Shown piece by piece: positions 1 through 9,483 of a stretch of DNA of 64,000 nucleotides. Position 1 is the stretch's first letter. Each line of letters starts with the position of its first letter. A model generated the notes under the pieces. It had not been told where the DNA came from. It saw nothing but the letters and a program-made list of their open reading frames with translations, and did not search any database. The DNA is taken from the NCBI GenBank assembly GCA_965233025.1, contig CBDDRH010000110.1, forward strand, positions 14,272 through 78,271. The letters run 5' to 3'. Source of the stretch: an uncultured bacterium. Lineage in GTDB: Bacteria; Nitrospirota; Nitrospiria; Nitrospirales; Nitrospiraceae. Position numbers and translations under genes: made by a program.

Positions 1-490
1 TGGCAGGCGCTATTCGTTGAAACAGGGACCAGTAGAACAGATGATCACGAATGGAGGGAAAAGGAAAACAGGTTTGGCTTAGATGTCCGTCTCCCGTCCA
101 TTGCTTACAACTCACCGCTCCGACGTCAGGATGATCGTCCAAGTATGCGACCATAGTCGTGAGCGCCTGATCCTTGACAAGCGTGTCGCTGTTGAGCAAC
201 AGCACGTGCCGGCCACGGCTCACGGTCAGGGCCTGATTTACAGCCTTCGCAAAGCCTCGATTGTCCGGATTCGCAATGATCCTCATGGCAGGATAGACTT
301 CTTGTAGTACGGCCACCGTCCCGTCCTGCGAATCATTGTCGACCACGATCACTTCGAACGCGATGCCTGTCGTGTGGGCATGGACAGACCGAATACAGTC
401 GAGGAGCACTGCTCTTGTGTTGTAACTCACAATCGCGATGGACAAATCCATCGTCGATGAAGTCAGAGACTCGGTGTCAGCCGGCATCAT
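1..490 (-). CDS. glycosyltransferase family 2 (partial; C-terminus lies beyond window start)
   Basis: Minus-strand frame stays open to position 1, so it has no stop in the window and is absent from the ORF track. ATG at 490 (alternative ATG at 451). My translation MMPADTESLTSSTMDLSIAIVSYNTRAVLLDCIRSV..FEVIVVDNDSQDGT..NRGFAKAVNQA shows GT-A/GT2 signatures. Confidence 0.8.
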   Translation of the reverse strand, partial: MMPADTESLTSSTMDLSIAIVSYNTRAVLLDCIRSVHAHTTGIAFEVIVVDNDSQDGTVAVLQEVYPAMRIIANPDNRGFAKAVNQALTVSRGRHVLLLNSDTLVKDQALTTMVAYLDDHPDVGAVSCKQWTGDGHLSQTCFPFPSIRDHLFYWSLFQRIAPA

Positions 491-690
491 GCACTCTCAT
501 TGCTGGAATCGAACTCTGCCATGATAATCTGTCGATAGCAGGGGCCGATATTTAACCAGCGCCGCACATGGACCAACACGATAGCCAGACGATGCAAGGC
601 ATAGCTAACCCGGTCCGTTCGCATCCACAGACGAAGCAGCATCCCGTGCACCCATACATTCAGATTCGGTTCGCAGTGAAACCGAATGGG

Positions 691-1248
691 TCACTCACTC
701 TCTTCTGCAATGTCCTCCATCTCCGTGAGAACAGCCTTCAGTCTGGGAAGACCATTGGCAATGTGTTCATCGAGAAAGGGAAACGACCCACCCCTCTGCA
801 CTCGATAATACTGCTGCAAGGCCTTATCTTCCTGCTCGGCTTGAAATCCCATGGGACAACCGATGTACACCCGCCGTCGGGTGACCCTCATGAGCTCCCG
901 CAGAAATCGGTTCCGGTCCGAAGACTCAATGTGTTCCAGCGTGTCCATACAGACGGTGCAGTCAAACGATCCGGACTGAAACGGTAACGCCTGCCCCTTC
1001 GCGAGAATGGGAGTGACGAATGCAGGGCTCGCACCCTCCAGAACACAATCCACTCCAACCACCGGCCGACGAAGATACGTTGTCAGGCCAGAGCGGTTCA
1101 CCCCGACCTCCAGAATCAGGCCCCGCGAAGATTCAGCACCGATCGACTCCACCACCGGCAAGTACCGCAATGCAATTTCAGGCACCCAATCAGGATAGCG
1201 GCGATTCCACCAGGCTCTTACCGGATCCAGCATGAACTCCAGTAACAT
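691..1248 (-). CDS. class I SAM-dependent methyltransferase
   Basis: ORF track 691..1263. LILEVGVNRSG (SAM motif I-like) and FDCTVCMDTLEHI resemble Methyltransf_11-type enzymes. Start moved to ATG 1248, which overlaps the flippase stop (TAATG). Confidence 0.7.
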   Translation of the reverse strand: MLLEFMLDPVRAWWNRRYPDWVPEIALRYLPVVESIGAESSRGLILEVGVNRSGLTTYLRRPVVGVDCVLEGASPAFVTPILAKGQALPFQSGSFDCTVCMDTLEHIESSDRNRFLRELMRVTRRRVYIGCPMGFQAEQEDKALQQYYRVQRGGSFPFLDEHIANGLPRLKAVLTEMEDIAEESE

Positions 1249-2735
1249 TAGACTTGCTCCCACAGAACTTTAAGTCGCGGCAGTTCCACCGACCAGAGGT
1301 ACCAGCCATAGAGTCCAAGCGCTCCCAGAGAGGCGGAGACGAGCACCGTCGGCGTTGAGTTTGCCCCCGACATCAGGAAAATCATCTCAGCTAGAAGTCC
1401 TGCGAACAGACAGGCCCTTCCCGTTGCCCAGACGATGACTCCCATTGCCGTTCCGATGAGGGCTCTGGTCCCGATCCCTTGCAACAGCACTCCCACCACA
1501 TAGCTGGTGACCAGCGCGGCGGCGCTTCCGGCAAGACCAAACCCCATAGTCAGCGGCACAATCATCACGGCGTAGACCAGAAACTGCCCTCCCCAACTCT
1601 TCCGCTGGAGATCCGGTCGGTTCGCCCCATAGTGCAAGGCGCTCATGACGCTCAGATACCCAGCGCAGACGGCATACACACAGAGTATTCTGAGCGGTTC
1701 GACGATGGCGAGCCATTGAGAACCAAACGCCAATGGCACAATGACCGGAGCGAGCACTGCAACGCCGACCGCCAGTGGAATGAAGATCAGCCCAACCAGA
1801 CCCATTTGAAGCTCGAATACACGGACGAGGCCCAGTCGATCCCGTTGAAGCAACGCGTACGTGGGCATGCTGATCTGATGGATTAACACCGTGGCCCGCA
1901 CGCCCAATAAGAGAGGAATCGCCAGTGCGATCTGGTAGAAGCCCAACGCGTCTTGGCCGAGTATGCGGCCGATGACCAGCTCTCCCCCACTCATGACGCC
2001 GAAGATACAGAGTGTGGTGCCATTCAATTGTTTTCCATAGCGCAGAAAGTAATTCCATGCAGGGCGGTAGAGGGATAGGCGTGGCCGAAATGGCGCGACC
2101 CAGAATGACAGGAGACTGCCCACGCACATTCCTACCATCTGCCCGAGCAACAGCGCCCATACGTTACGAAGCCACAATGCGAGCACGACGATCACGCAGG
2201 CTTCGATCACGCGGCGGACGAGATCCATGATGACACGCAGTCGAAAATTCAGATTCTTCAAGACGATGGCCAATGCCGGACTCTGTAGCCCATGCAGCAC
2301 GAGTAACCAGGCATGCACCCGCAATAACGATGCGAGTTGCGGCATCTGCATCGCCTGGCCAATCACATCGGCCGCTGCCCAAAGGCAGGCTGCCATGGCG
2401 ACTCCCCGCACAATCGCAACGGTCCACGCGACAGCCAAATCCTCGCGGTCAACCTCAGTTTTGGCAATCAAGGCGGATTCAAGACCAAGTTCACTGATTG
2501 TCATGAATGCCAGGACAATGATGGCGGATGCCGCCATCACGCCGAAATCGGCCGGAGTGAGCAGGCGTGCCACCACCATAAGTTGGATCGCCGCGATCAC
2601 TTTATCCAGCACAAATCCCGCTCCAGCCCATCCTCCAGCCTGGAGAATCCGGTGGCGCAGACGAGGCTGGGCTGGTTCAGCCCTCTCATGTTTGACCTGG
2701 GGCTCTGCCATTACCATGTCATGGCCGGTTATCAT
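1248..2735 (-). CDS. polysaccharide flippase (Wzx-like, MOP/PST superfamily)
   Basis: ORF track 1248..2804. The protein is highly hydrophobic with many transmembrane segments, as in oligosaccharide flippases. Start set at ATG 2735, which forms an ATGA overlap with the upstream GT4 stop (2732..2734). Confidence 0.75.
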   Translation of the reverse strand: MITGHDMVMAEPQVKHERAEPAQPRLRHRILQAGGWAGAGFVLDKVIAAIQLMVVARLLTPADFGVMAASAIIVLAFMTISELGLESALIAKTEVDREDLAVAWTVAIVRGVAMAACLWAAADVIGQAMQMPQLASLLRVHAWLLVLHGLQSPALAIVLKNLNFRLRVIMDLVRRVIEACVIVVLALWLRNVWALLLGQMVGMCVGSLLSFWVAPFRPRLSLYRPAWNYFLRYGKQLNGTTLCIFGVMSGGELVIGRILGQDALGFYQIALAIPLLLGVRATVLIHQISMPTYALLQRDRLGLVRVFELQMGLVGLIFIPLAVGVAVLAPVIVPLAFGSQWLAIVEPLRILCVYAVCAGYLSVMSALHYGANRPDLQRKSWGGQFLVYAVMIVPLTMGFGLAGSAAALVTSYVVGVLLQGIGTRALIGTAMGVIVWATGRACLFAGLLAEMIFLMSGANSTPTVLVSASLGALGLYGWYLWSVELPRLKVLWEQV

Positions 2736-3919
2736 GCTGTTCGCCGCATTGCAGCAAGCGCCGCGTGGCATACCTGTTCCAGTTCCTGGGCTCGCGCTCC
2801 CCATGTATGAGCCTGGATCACCGCCATCCGCCCTCGATCGCCCATTTTTATTCTCTCATCAGGGTCCTCAAGAAGACGGATTAACTGCCGGGCCAAATCC
2901 TGTGCGTCGTCCGGCTCCGCTGCGAGTCCACAGCCGATAGCCTCCACCGTCTCTCCATACCCTGGACCGACTGTCGTAATCACGGGACGCCCACAGGACA
3001 GATACTCCCATAATTTCATGGAATCGCCGGGATACGACCGAGTCTGTCGATGCAACACGACGCAGACATCGCAAGCCGCAATCCATGTCGGCACCTGAAC
3101 CCCATCGGCCCGACTGACAAAATGGACGATATCCGTCAGTCCTTGTTGCTGAACCAACTGTTCGAGCGCGTGTTTTGTTTGGCCTTCTCCCACGAGCCAG
3201 AACGTGGCGGAGGGAACCTTGTCACGCACGAACGGTACGGCTTCAATCAACGTTTCCAACCCATGCCAGGGAAAGAATCCTCCGACAAATCCGATGTAGA
3301 GACCGTTGGCAGGAAGTCCAAGGGCTTTCCTAGCACGCTCATGCGATTGAGGATAGAAACGATCCCCGTCGACTCCATTGCGAATCACGTGACAATGATC
3401 CGGTGGGATTCTCCAGACATCTTGCATCTGGGTCACAATCTCGAGGCAGATGCTCACCACTGCCTGCGCACGGCGCGCAGCTGCTCTCAACGCAGCGCGA
3501 AGCGCCCATCGCATGAACGGGAACCGCCAGATCCCTTGGACCTCTTCCTCCGGAAAGCCATTCACAAATAACACGCTCGCACACGCATGCTTGGACAGGG
3601 CAAGCAGCGGGGCTATCTGCCCGGGCGAATCGAACCACAGCAACACGTCAGGGCGCCAGGCCGCCAGTTCCTCCCGCAACACCCTCCATGAAGCAATTAG
3701 AAACGAGAAGGGACGAAGGCCAGCCACCCGCCAAACAGACACAGGCCGGAACGACACCGCATCAAACTCCTGCGCGAGCTGCTGGCCATGAACAGGTTGA
3801 GGCGCCACTATTCTGATGGTATTCGCGCGTAGCGAAAGGGCCTTGGCAAATTCCAGCACCTGCCGGGCTCCGCCTGCCGCAATGCTCAGGTCTTCATCAC
3901 AGAACACGAGGATGCGCAT
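2732..3919 (-). CDS. glycosyltransferase family 4 (GT-B fold)
   Basis: ORF track 2732..3946. MRILVFCDEDL N-terminus, FVGGFFPWHGLETLIEAV, and the C-terminal GDSMKLWEYLSCGRPVITT (Glycos_transf_1-like EX7E region). Start at 3919 preferred over 3946. Confidence 0.8.
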   Translation of the reverse strand: MRILVFCDEDLSIAAGGARQVLEFAKALSLRANTIRIVAPQPVHGQQLAQEFDAVSFRPVSVWRVAGLRPFSFLIASWRVLREELAAWRPDVLLWFDSPGQIAPLLALSKHACASVLFVNGFPEEEVQGIWRFPFMRWALRAALRAAARRAQAVVSICLEIVTQMQDVWRIPPDHCHVIRNGVDGDRFYPQSHERARKALGLPANGLYIGFVGGFFPWHGLETLIEAVPFVRDKVPSATFWLVGEGQTKHALEQLVQQQGLTDIVHFVSRADGVQVPTWIAACDVCVVLHRQTRSYPGDSMKLWEYLSCGRPVITTVGPGYGETVEAIGCGLAAEPDDAQDLARQLIRLLEDPDERIKMGDRGRMAVIQAHTWGARAQELEQVCHAALAAMRRTA

Positions 3920-5084
3920 GGTGTGTCGATGCCTGCTCAGTCGCAAGCCACTCCCTCAAGCGATTAGTGAGGTAGATCCAGCTAAACCTTTGCTCAACAA
4001 AGTGCCGCCCACTGGCTGCCATATGGGCCTGCCGGCCCGAGTCGTTTAAGAGTGCCAGCAATGCTTGAGCCAATGCCTCCGGATCGTCCGGTGGAACCAA
4101 GACGACTCCGGCCTCTTGAGCAAATGTGGCGGACACAGAAGGAATCGCGCTGGCAATCACGGGCTTTCCACAGCCAAGGTAATCAAAGATTTTGACCGGA
4201 GACGTTTCGCCCCGGTCTCCTCGGAATGGAGCCACACAGAGCGTCATCGCACCAATCCATGTGGGAACCTCCTGATAGGCGATCCTGCCGGCCCAGGTAA
4301 TACAGGGATTCAGTGCCAGACGATCTGCTTGTTGCTTCAACTCCGGCGCGGCCTCTCCGTCACCGACTAACAGGAGGTGCACGGATGGTATCGTACGTCT
4401 GATGATGGCCATCGCCTCCAGCAGACACTGCAGCCCCTGATATCGGTAAAAACTTCCGACGAAACCGATGTAGTCACGGTCTAGGCCCAACCCGATTCGG
4501 CGCCGGCATGCCGTTGAGTCCTGAGGGATAAACAATCCGGTATCCGTTCCACTCGGCAGCACGGCAACTCGTTCAGGCGCAACTTGATAGCGGCGAATGA
4601 CGAGATCGCGTAATCCCTCTGTCAGAACGACCACGCGGTCGCAGCGGCTGAGGGCAAATGACGCCAGCCAGTGTTTGAGTCTCCTCTTACGCGTGCAATC
4701 GGTCTCTGACCAATCAGGTACCGGCTCCCCGTTGACTTCGCAGACGCACTGCGCGCCGACCAGTCTCGCAAACAACAACGGATGCGGACTGTCCATCCAC
4801 CGGTAATACACGATGTTCGGTTTCGATCGAACGGCCAGTACGAGACCGACTACACAGGAGAGAACTGCGTAGGAAATCGGTCGCAACACCGGCCAAGAGA
4901 GGAGCGGGATCGGAGCGGTCTCAAATCCTCGCTGGAGCAATGAGGATCGATAGCGTGGGGGAAGGACTGTCACGCTGTCGCCTCGTTCGACGAGCTGCCG
5001 CGCCAAGGTCCATAGACGGACGAGCCCTACGGGATCGGATGGTGCATCCGGTTCATACCAATAACAGAAGAGGAACCACCTCAT
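3897..5084 (-). CDS. glycosyltransferase family 4 (GT-B fold)
   Basis: ORF track 3897..5159. FVGSFYRYQGLQCLLEAM, LLVGDGEAAPELK and SPVKIFDYLGCGKPVIAS. Start set at ATG 5084, which forms an ATGA overlap with the upstream stop at 5081..5083. Confidence 0.8.
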   Translation of the reverse strand: MRWFLFCYWYEPDAPSDPVGLVRLWTLARQLVERGDSVTVLPPRYRSSLLQRGFETAPIPLLSWPVLRPISYAVLSCVVGLVLAVRSKPNIVYYRWMDSPHPLLFARLVGAQCVCEVNGEPVPDWSETDCTRKRRLKHWLASFALSRCDRVVVLTEGLRDLVIRRYQVAPERVAVLPSGTDTGLFIPQDSTACRRRIGLGLDRDYIGFVGSFYRYQGLQCLLEAMAIIRRTIPSVHLLLVGDGEAAPELKQQADRLALNPCITWAGRIAYQEVPTWIGAMTLCVAPFRGDRGETSPVKIFDYLGCGKPVIASAIPSVSATFAQEAGVVLVPPDDPEALAQALLALLNDSGRQAHMAASGRHFVEQRFSWIYLTNRLREWLATEQASTHHAHPRVL

Positions 5085-6463
5085 ACAAGTGCTCGCTGAG
5101 GGGCAGGGTCCTTCTGCTCCGATGTGAGACGCGGCAAGATCATGACGAGCCCCGCGCACAGCCAGAAGGGCTCCATGATGCGGATGATAATGAAGGTATT
5201 GGCCCCGATGCCATGGGCGAGCATGGCTACCATACCGAGCAGCAATCCATGGGCCAATCCCTTACAAAATGGATCCTGTTCGGCCAGAAAGGTTTCTCGT
5301 GCGCGACGCCACAATCGGACGATCAGGAAAATGAATGCGACGAGGCCGGCGAGACCCGTTTCGCCGAGAATCTTGACATATTGGGCGTCCGCCCAAGCAT
5401 AGCCGGTGACACCGCGACCGAGTACAGGACTGTGGAGCCAGTCCTTCAACACATACTGCCAGGAGCGCAGGCGCTCTGTTGTGGAGAGATCTAGCCCGAC
5501 CTGTCCCACTGTGATTTCGCCCCCATATTGACGTCCAAAGAACGTCTCGCTCACCCGATTCTTCACATTGTCAGGCGCGGCAAAAGGGAGTACGACCGCG
5601 AGCAAGAGTATAAACGCGACCACACCAGGGCGCCGCCATTGGGTCGCCGCAACGGCCAGGATCAAGACGCCGGCAGCCAGATAGGACGAACGGGAGAGCG
5701 TGGCCATGAGAGCCAGACTCATGAACCCCATGAGCAGGGCGAGCACGACCCGAATCGGCCCTGATTTTAAGTGAAGGAACAGGCCCGTGACGATCGCCAT
5801 GATAAAGACCAGGTACCCGCCGAGCGTATTCGGTTCGCCGCTTTCCCCTTCAAACGGCGCGCTGGCCCGTTCTCCGCCTGGAATCTGAGCGATCGCAAAC
5901 ACACTCACGACAAAACAAATCGCCAGTAACGCTGTCACCAAACTGACAACCTGCCGTTTGGACGACACATGATTGACGACCATAAAAAATACAAAGAAGT
6001 ATTCGAAATATTTGAGGATGAAAAAGAAGCCCGTGAGCGGGCGAACGCGATCGGTGATGACGCCGATCAGCGTGGCGAGCACACAGACCAGCATATAGTA
6101 GACGATGGGACGATTGATCGGAGTCTCGCGAATGAGAGCCAGATCGCGATAGATGATCGTCTTGACCAGCCAACTGAATCCGATGATCACGAGCAAGAGA
6201 TCGTCTACGCGCAAGGAGAGATCTCGCGCTCCGACGCCTCTCCCCTCTACTCGCCCGATCGTGATCTCCGGAGAGAGCAGCATGGAAAAAATCAGCAGGA
6301 AGAGAGAGGCCGGAACCGACGTGAAGGCTACCAGCACAATGAGAAAGCCAACGACGACCTGTAACCCGACCATCGGGGTCGTGAGCGTGAGGCCAAGCGC
6401 CAGCACGGCGGCCAGCACCGAGACGACTACGGCATCCTGCGGTTTTACCATCGACGCATGCAT
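5081..6463 (-). CDS. O-antigen ligase/polymerase family membrane protein (Wzy-like)
   Basis: 460-aa polytopic membrane protein. The TLSRSSYLAAGVLIL segment resembles the Wzy_C/O-antigen ligase core. It sits between the Wzc gene and the glycosyltransferases. Confidence 0.7.
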   Translation of the reverse strand: MHASMVKPQDAVVVSVLAAVLALGLTLTTPMVGLQVVVGFLIVLVAFTSVPASLFLLIFSMLLSPEITIGRVEGRGVGARDLSLRVDDLLLVIIGFSWLVKTIIYRDLALIRETPINRPIVYYMLVCVLATLIGVITDRVRPLTGFFFILKYFEYFFVFFMVVNHVSSKRQVVSLVTALLAICFVVSVFAIAQIPGGERASAPFEGESGEPNTLGGYLVFIMAIVTGLFLHLKSGPIRVVLALLMGFMSLALMATLSRSSYLAAGVLILAVAATQWRRPGVVAFILLLAVVLPFAAPDNVKNRVSETFFGRQYGGEITVGQVGLDLSTTERLRSWQYVLKDWLHSPVLGRGVTGYAWADAQYVKILGETGLAGLVAFIFLIVRLWRRARETFLAEQDPFCKGLAHGLLLGMVAMLAHGIGANTFIIIRIMEPFWLCAGLVMILPRLTSEQKDPAPQRALV

Positions 6464-6486
6464 GGGATATGGCTCCTACTGCTGCG

Positions 6487-8625
6487 TCAGCGATATTCGT
6501 AGCGGTAGACACCGTAATCCGGTGTGACCTCGGATTTTACGTTCGTCAACACGATACCCATCACATTGGCCTGCGCATGGTCCAAGAGGAACTTGGCCCG
6601 TTTGAGCGCATTCCGACCGATCCGTCCGACTTGGTAGACCAGGATCGTCCCGTCGACGCATGAGCTGAATGCTACCGCATCAGTGACCGGGAGAATGGGA
6701 GGCGTGTCGAAGAGCACGAGGTCGTACTCCTCATTCATCTCATTCACAAGCGTTTTGATCTTGTTCATATTGAGAAATTCGTTCGGATTACCGACCTCTG
6801 AGCCGCTGGTCAGGATATGTAGATTATCCAACCCGGGCGTGCTCATCACTCGATCTATCCCCATCGGCCCAATCATCAGATCCGTCGCAGACTGCACATG
6901 GCTGCGCCAGGAAGTACTGCCAACCAACGCATCAGCCAGACCGGGTACCCGCTCGAGACCCAACCGTTGATGCACCATCGGCCTCCGAAGATCTGCATCG
7001 ACGAGCAAGACTCGTTGTCCTTCCTGGGCAAGCGTGATCGCCAAATTAGTGACACAGGTACTCTTGCCTTCTCCAAGGCCCGCGCTGGTGAAGAGGATAG
7101 ATTTCACCTTCCGATCCATACTGGCGAATTGAATATTCGCGCGCAGCGACCGTAGACTCTCGGACAGGACCGATTTCGGATCGATCAGGCAAATAAGCTT
7201 CGAGAAGTTTTCCACATGCACCGCAGAGGAACCGGCTGGAAGCGACTCGCGGGCGGCTGCCTCCATTTCCTTACTATTGAACTGGGGGATGACACCGAGG
7301 ACCGGCACCTTGAGAAATTCTTCGACCCCCTCAATGGTACCGATCGAGGTATCAAATGATTCCCGCGCAAAGGCGATAACAACCCCAAGAAACACCCCCA
7401 TGAGAGAGCCGACCATGAGGTTCAGTCCCGTATTGGGCGCATTGATCGGTTCAGTGGGTATGATGGCCGGCGCCACAATCGTGACTTCTTCGATCCGTTC
7501 CGCACTTTTGATTTGCAGTTCTTGATGCTTGCCCTTGAGGGTTGCCAATAAATCAGCGTTGACCTTCACATCACGCTCAAGACGGCTCATCTCAATCGCC
7601 GCTCGCGGGAACTGTAAATACCGAGTGCGATAGCGGTCGCGCTGATCCATGAGCGTGGCTTCCCGATCTTGCATAGTCTTGAGCTTGGCTCGGAGCTCCA
7701 GCAGCATCTCGGCCCTGAGGTTATCGATCTTTTTCTGCTGCTCTCGGACTTGCGGGTGATCCGTTTTGTAGTTGATCAGAAGGGTGTTTCGTTCCTGTAT
7801 CAGATCCAGGAGTCGCTGGTTCAGAACTGTGAGCAGCGCATTCTGCTCCTCCGTGAAAATCCGACCGGTTTGATTCCCCAGCACGGCTTCGTTGCGCTTG
7901 AGCTCCGAGATCTGCCGTTCCCCCTCCGCCCGCTTTCGCATCACCTCATTATGCTGTTCTTCGAGCTTGGTGAATGTCTCCAGAGCAGCGCGCGCCTCAT
8001 CAGTCAGGAAGACTTGCCCTTCCCGTTCCCTAAAGGCTCTCAACGCTTCCTCCGCATCATTCAACTGCTTTTCAAGGCCGGCCAGCTGTTCTTCGACAAA
8101 CCGTCGCGACTCCATGACGAGACGGTTCCGAGTCATGATATTTTCAAGCCGATACGCAGTGGCTGCTGAATTGGCCGTCTTCTCTGCCATCTCCGGTTGA
8201 TCTGAGGTAGCCGTGATGCGGATGATATTCGTATCACCTTCCCGCTGTGTCTTGATTTCCTGACCAAGGTTATACACCGTGTTGAGGTAGGTAGCCGATC
8301 TCTTCTCCTCCGGCGAAGCGTTTGCCGGTACTCGCTCTAATTCCATCGCCACCCGCTCCATGACGGGGAATCCTCGAATAAACTCGGTCTGGGAGTTGAG
8401 GTCGTTGACGTTCGAAAAGGACATGCTCTCGATCAACTGCTGGGCCACGGTGCTTGTTCGGTCGAACTTGACCCGCGCAGATGCTTCATACAGCGGGCTC
8501 GGCTTGAACAATTGAGAAAACAGGAACGTGAACAACACCACGAGCCCCGCCGCCAGCAGAATGAGATACTTCCGTTTTTTAACGATCAACCAGTAATCGA
8601 TAACATTCAGTTCGTATTGGGCCAT
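6487..8625 (-). CDS. polysaccharide co-polymerase / tyrosine autokinase (Wzc/GumC-type)
   Basis: N-terminal chain-length-determinant region with a TM segment and a long coiled coil. C-terminal P-loop kinase has Walker A FTSAGLGEGKST, Walker A-prime VLLVDADLRRP and Walker B DLVLFDTPP, followed by the Tyr-rich tail PDYGVYRYEYR. Confidence 0.9.
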   Translation of the reverse strand: MAQYELNVIDYWLIVKKRKYLILLAAGLVVLFTFLFSQLFKPSPLYEASARVKFDRTSTVAQQLIESMSFSNVNDLNSQTEFIRGFPVMERVAMELERVPANASPEEKRSATYLNTVYNLGQEIKTQREGDTNIIRITATSDQPEMAEKTANSAATAYRLENIMTRNRLVMESRRFVEEQLAGLEKQLNDAEEALRAFREREGQVFLTDEARAALETFTKLEEQHNEVMRKRAEGERQISELKRNEAVLGNQTGRIFTEEQNALLTVLNQRLLDLIQERNTLLINYKTDHPQVREQQKKIDNLRAEMLLELRAKLKTMQDREATLMDQRDRYRTRYLQFPRAAIEMSRLERDVKVNADLLATLKGKHQELQIKSAERIEEVTIVAPAIIPTEPINAPNTGLNLMVGSLMGVFLGVVIAFARESFDTSIGTIEGVEEFLKVPVLGVIPQFNSKEMEAAARESLPAGSSAVHVENFSKLICLIDPKSVLSESLRSLRANIQFASMDRKVKSILFTSAGLGEGKSTCVTNLAITLAQEGQRVLLVDADLRRPMVHQRLGLERVPGLADALVGSTSWRSHVQSATDLMIGPMGIDRVMSTPGLDNLHILTSGSEVGNPNEFLNMNKIKTLVNEMNEEYDLVLFDTPPILPVTDAVAFSSCVDGTILVYQVGRIGRNALKRAKFLLDHAQANVMGIVLTNVKSEVTPDYGVYRYEYR

Positions 8626-8661
8626 CTGGTCAGCATCCTTCTCTTGTCTTGACTGCGGCTA

Positions 8662-9483
8662 TCATCGCCCCATCACTGCCTCAATAATAAACACCGGGTA
8701 GAACGGTGCGATCGCGGCCGAAATAATCGGCATCAGCAGTTTCCCAGCTTCGGAGGCATCGCCCAGATGTTCGCGCGGTACAAATACGATATCGTTTTCC
8801 TCCAGCGCGAGATTCCTTGTCATATCGCCATAGGTCAACGCGCGCGCGAGATCGGCCATCAGGATGCGCGGCTGTGTGAGGTCGCCGCCTCGAATAACCC
8901 GGACTTCCTCCATCAACGCCGTTTCCTGGTACATGTCGACGGCGGCCAAGGCTTGCAGCACAGTCATGTCTCTTTGCATCGGAACCATCCCGGGTTTTTT
9001 TACATCCCCGAATACAAAGACTCGCTTGACCTTCAACACTTTCTTCTTCAGGAGCACCTGCGCATGCGGCTGACGCATATAGGGCGTCGCGGCTTCCTCG
9101 ACACGAACTTCCGCCACGGATGCGGTGACGCCCCTGACATTCACCTCCATAAACCCGATCGCAATTTTTCCATTTTCCTGCACGACACCGACGAACTTCT
9201 CCTCACCGGCGCCGCGACGAATCACCACCTCTAGCGTGTCACCCGTTTCGATTGGAGTTTCCGAGGTCGGAACGGTTTCATCGGCATACACATCTCCCTT
9301 CGGCAACGGTGGAACCGCCGTTCCGGGGGGACTCATTGACGACGGCGGCAATGACGAACTGGCCGGATTGTGACACCCGAGCAACGCCACAGCGAGAAAC
9401 GCACCAGCACTCAGAAGACCGAGAAGATGTCGGGGTATTAGCTGTCGCACGGCCTCGGCTCCTATTCTCCGATGACGGATCAA
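8662..9483 (-). CDS. polysaccharide export lipoprotein (Wza-like, Poly_export/SLBB)
   Basis: Signal peptide with lipobox (AVALLGC). SLBB-like segment VFVFGDVKKPGMVPMQRDMTVLQALAAV. TTG start at 9483 overlaps the HD-GYP stop (TTGA). Confidence 0.75.
   Translation of the reverse strand: MIRHRRIGAEAVRQLIPRHLLGLLSAGAFLAVALLGCHNPASSSLPPSSMSPPGTAVPPLPKGDVYADETVPTSETPIETGDTLEVVIRRGAGEEKFVGVVQENGKIAIGFMEVNVRGVTASVAEVRVEEAATPYMRQPHAQVLLKKKVLKVKRVFVFGDVKKPGMVPMQRDMTVLQALAAVDMYQETALMEEVRVIRGGDLTQPRILMADLARALTYGDMTRNLALEENDIVFVPREHLGDASEAGKLLMPIISAAIAPFYPVFIIEAVMGR

Noticed and set aside
495-575. tRNA-like T-loop match (GGAATCGAACTC on the plus strand)
   Set aside because: I could not build the T-stem, acceptor stem or anticodon arm from the reverse complement, so no cloverleaf forms.
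5850-6512. 220-aa minus-strand ORF in an alternative frame of the Wzy-like gene
   Set aside because: It lies on the same strand in a different frame from a clearly membrane-protein-like ORF. Its translation is Arg/Ser/His-rich without hydrophobic segments.
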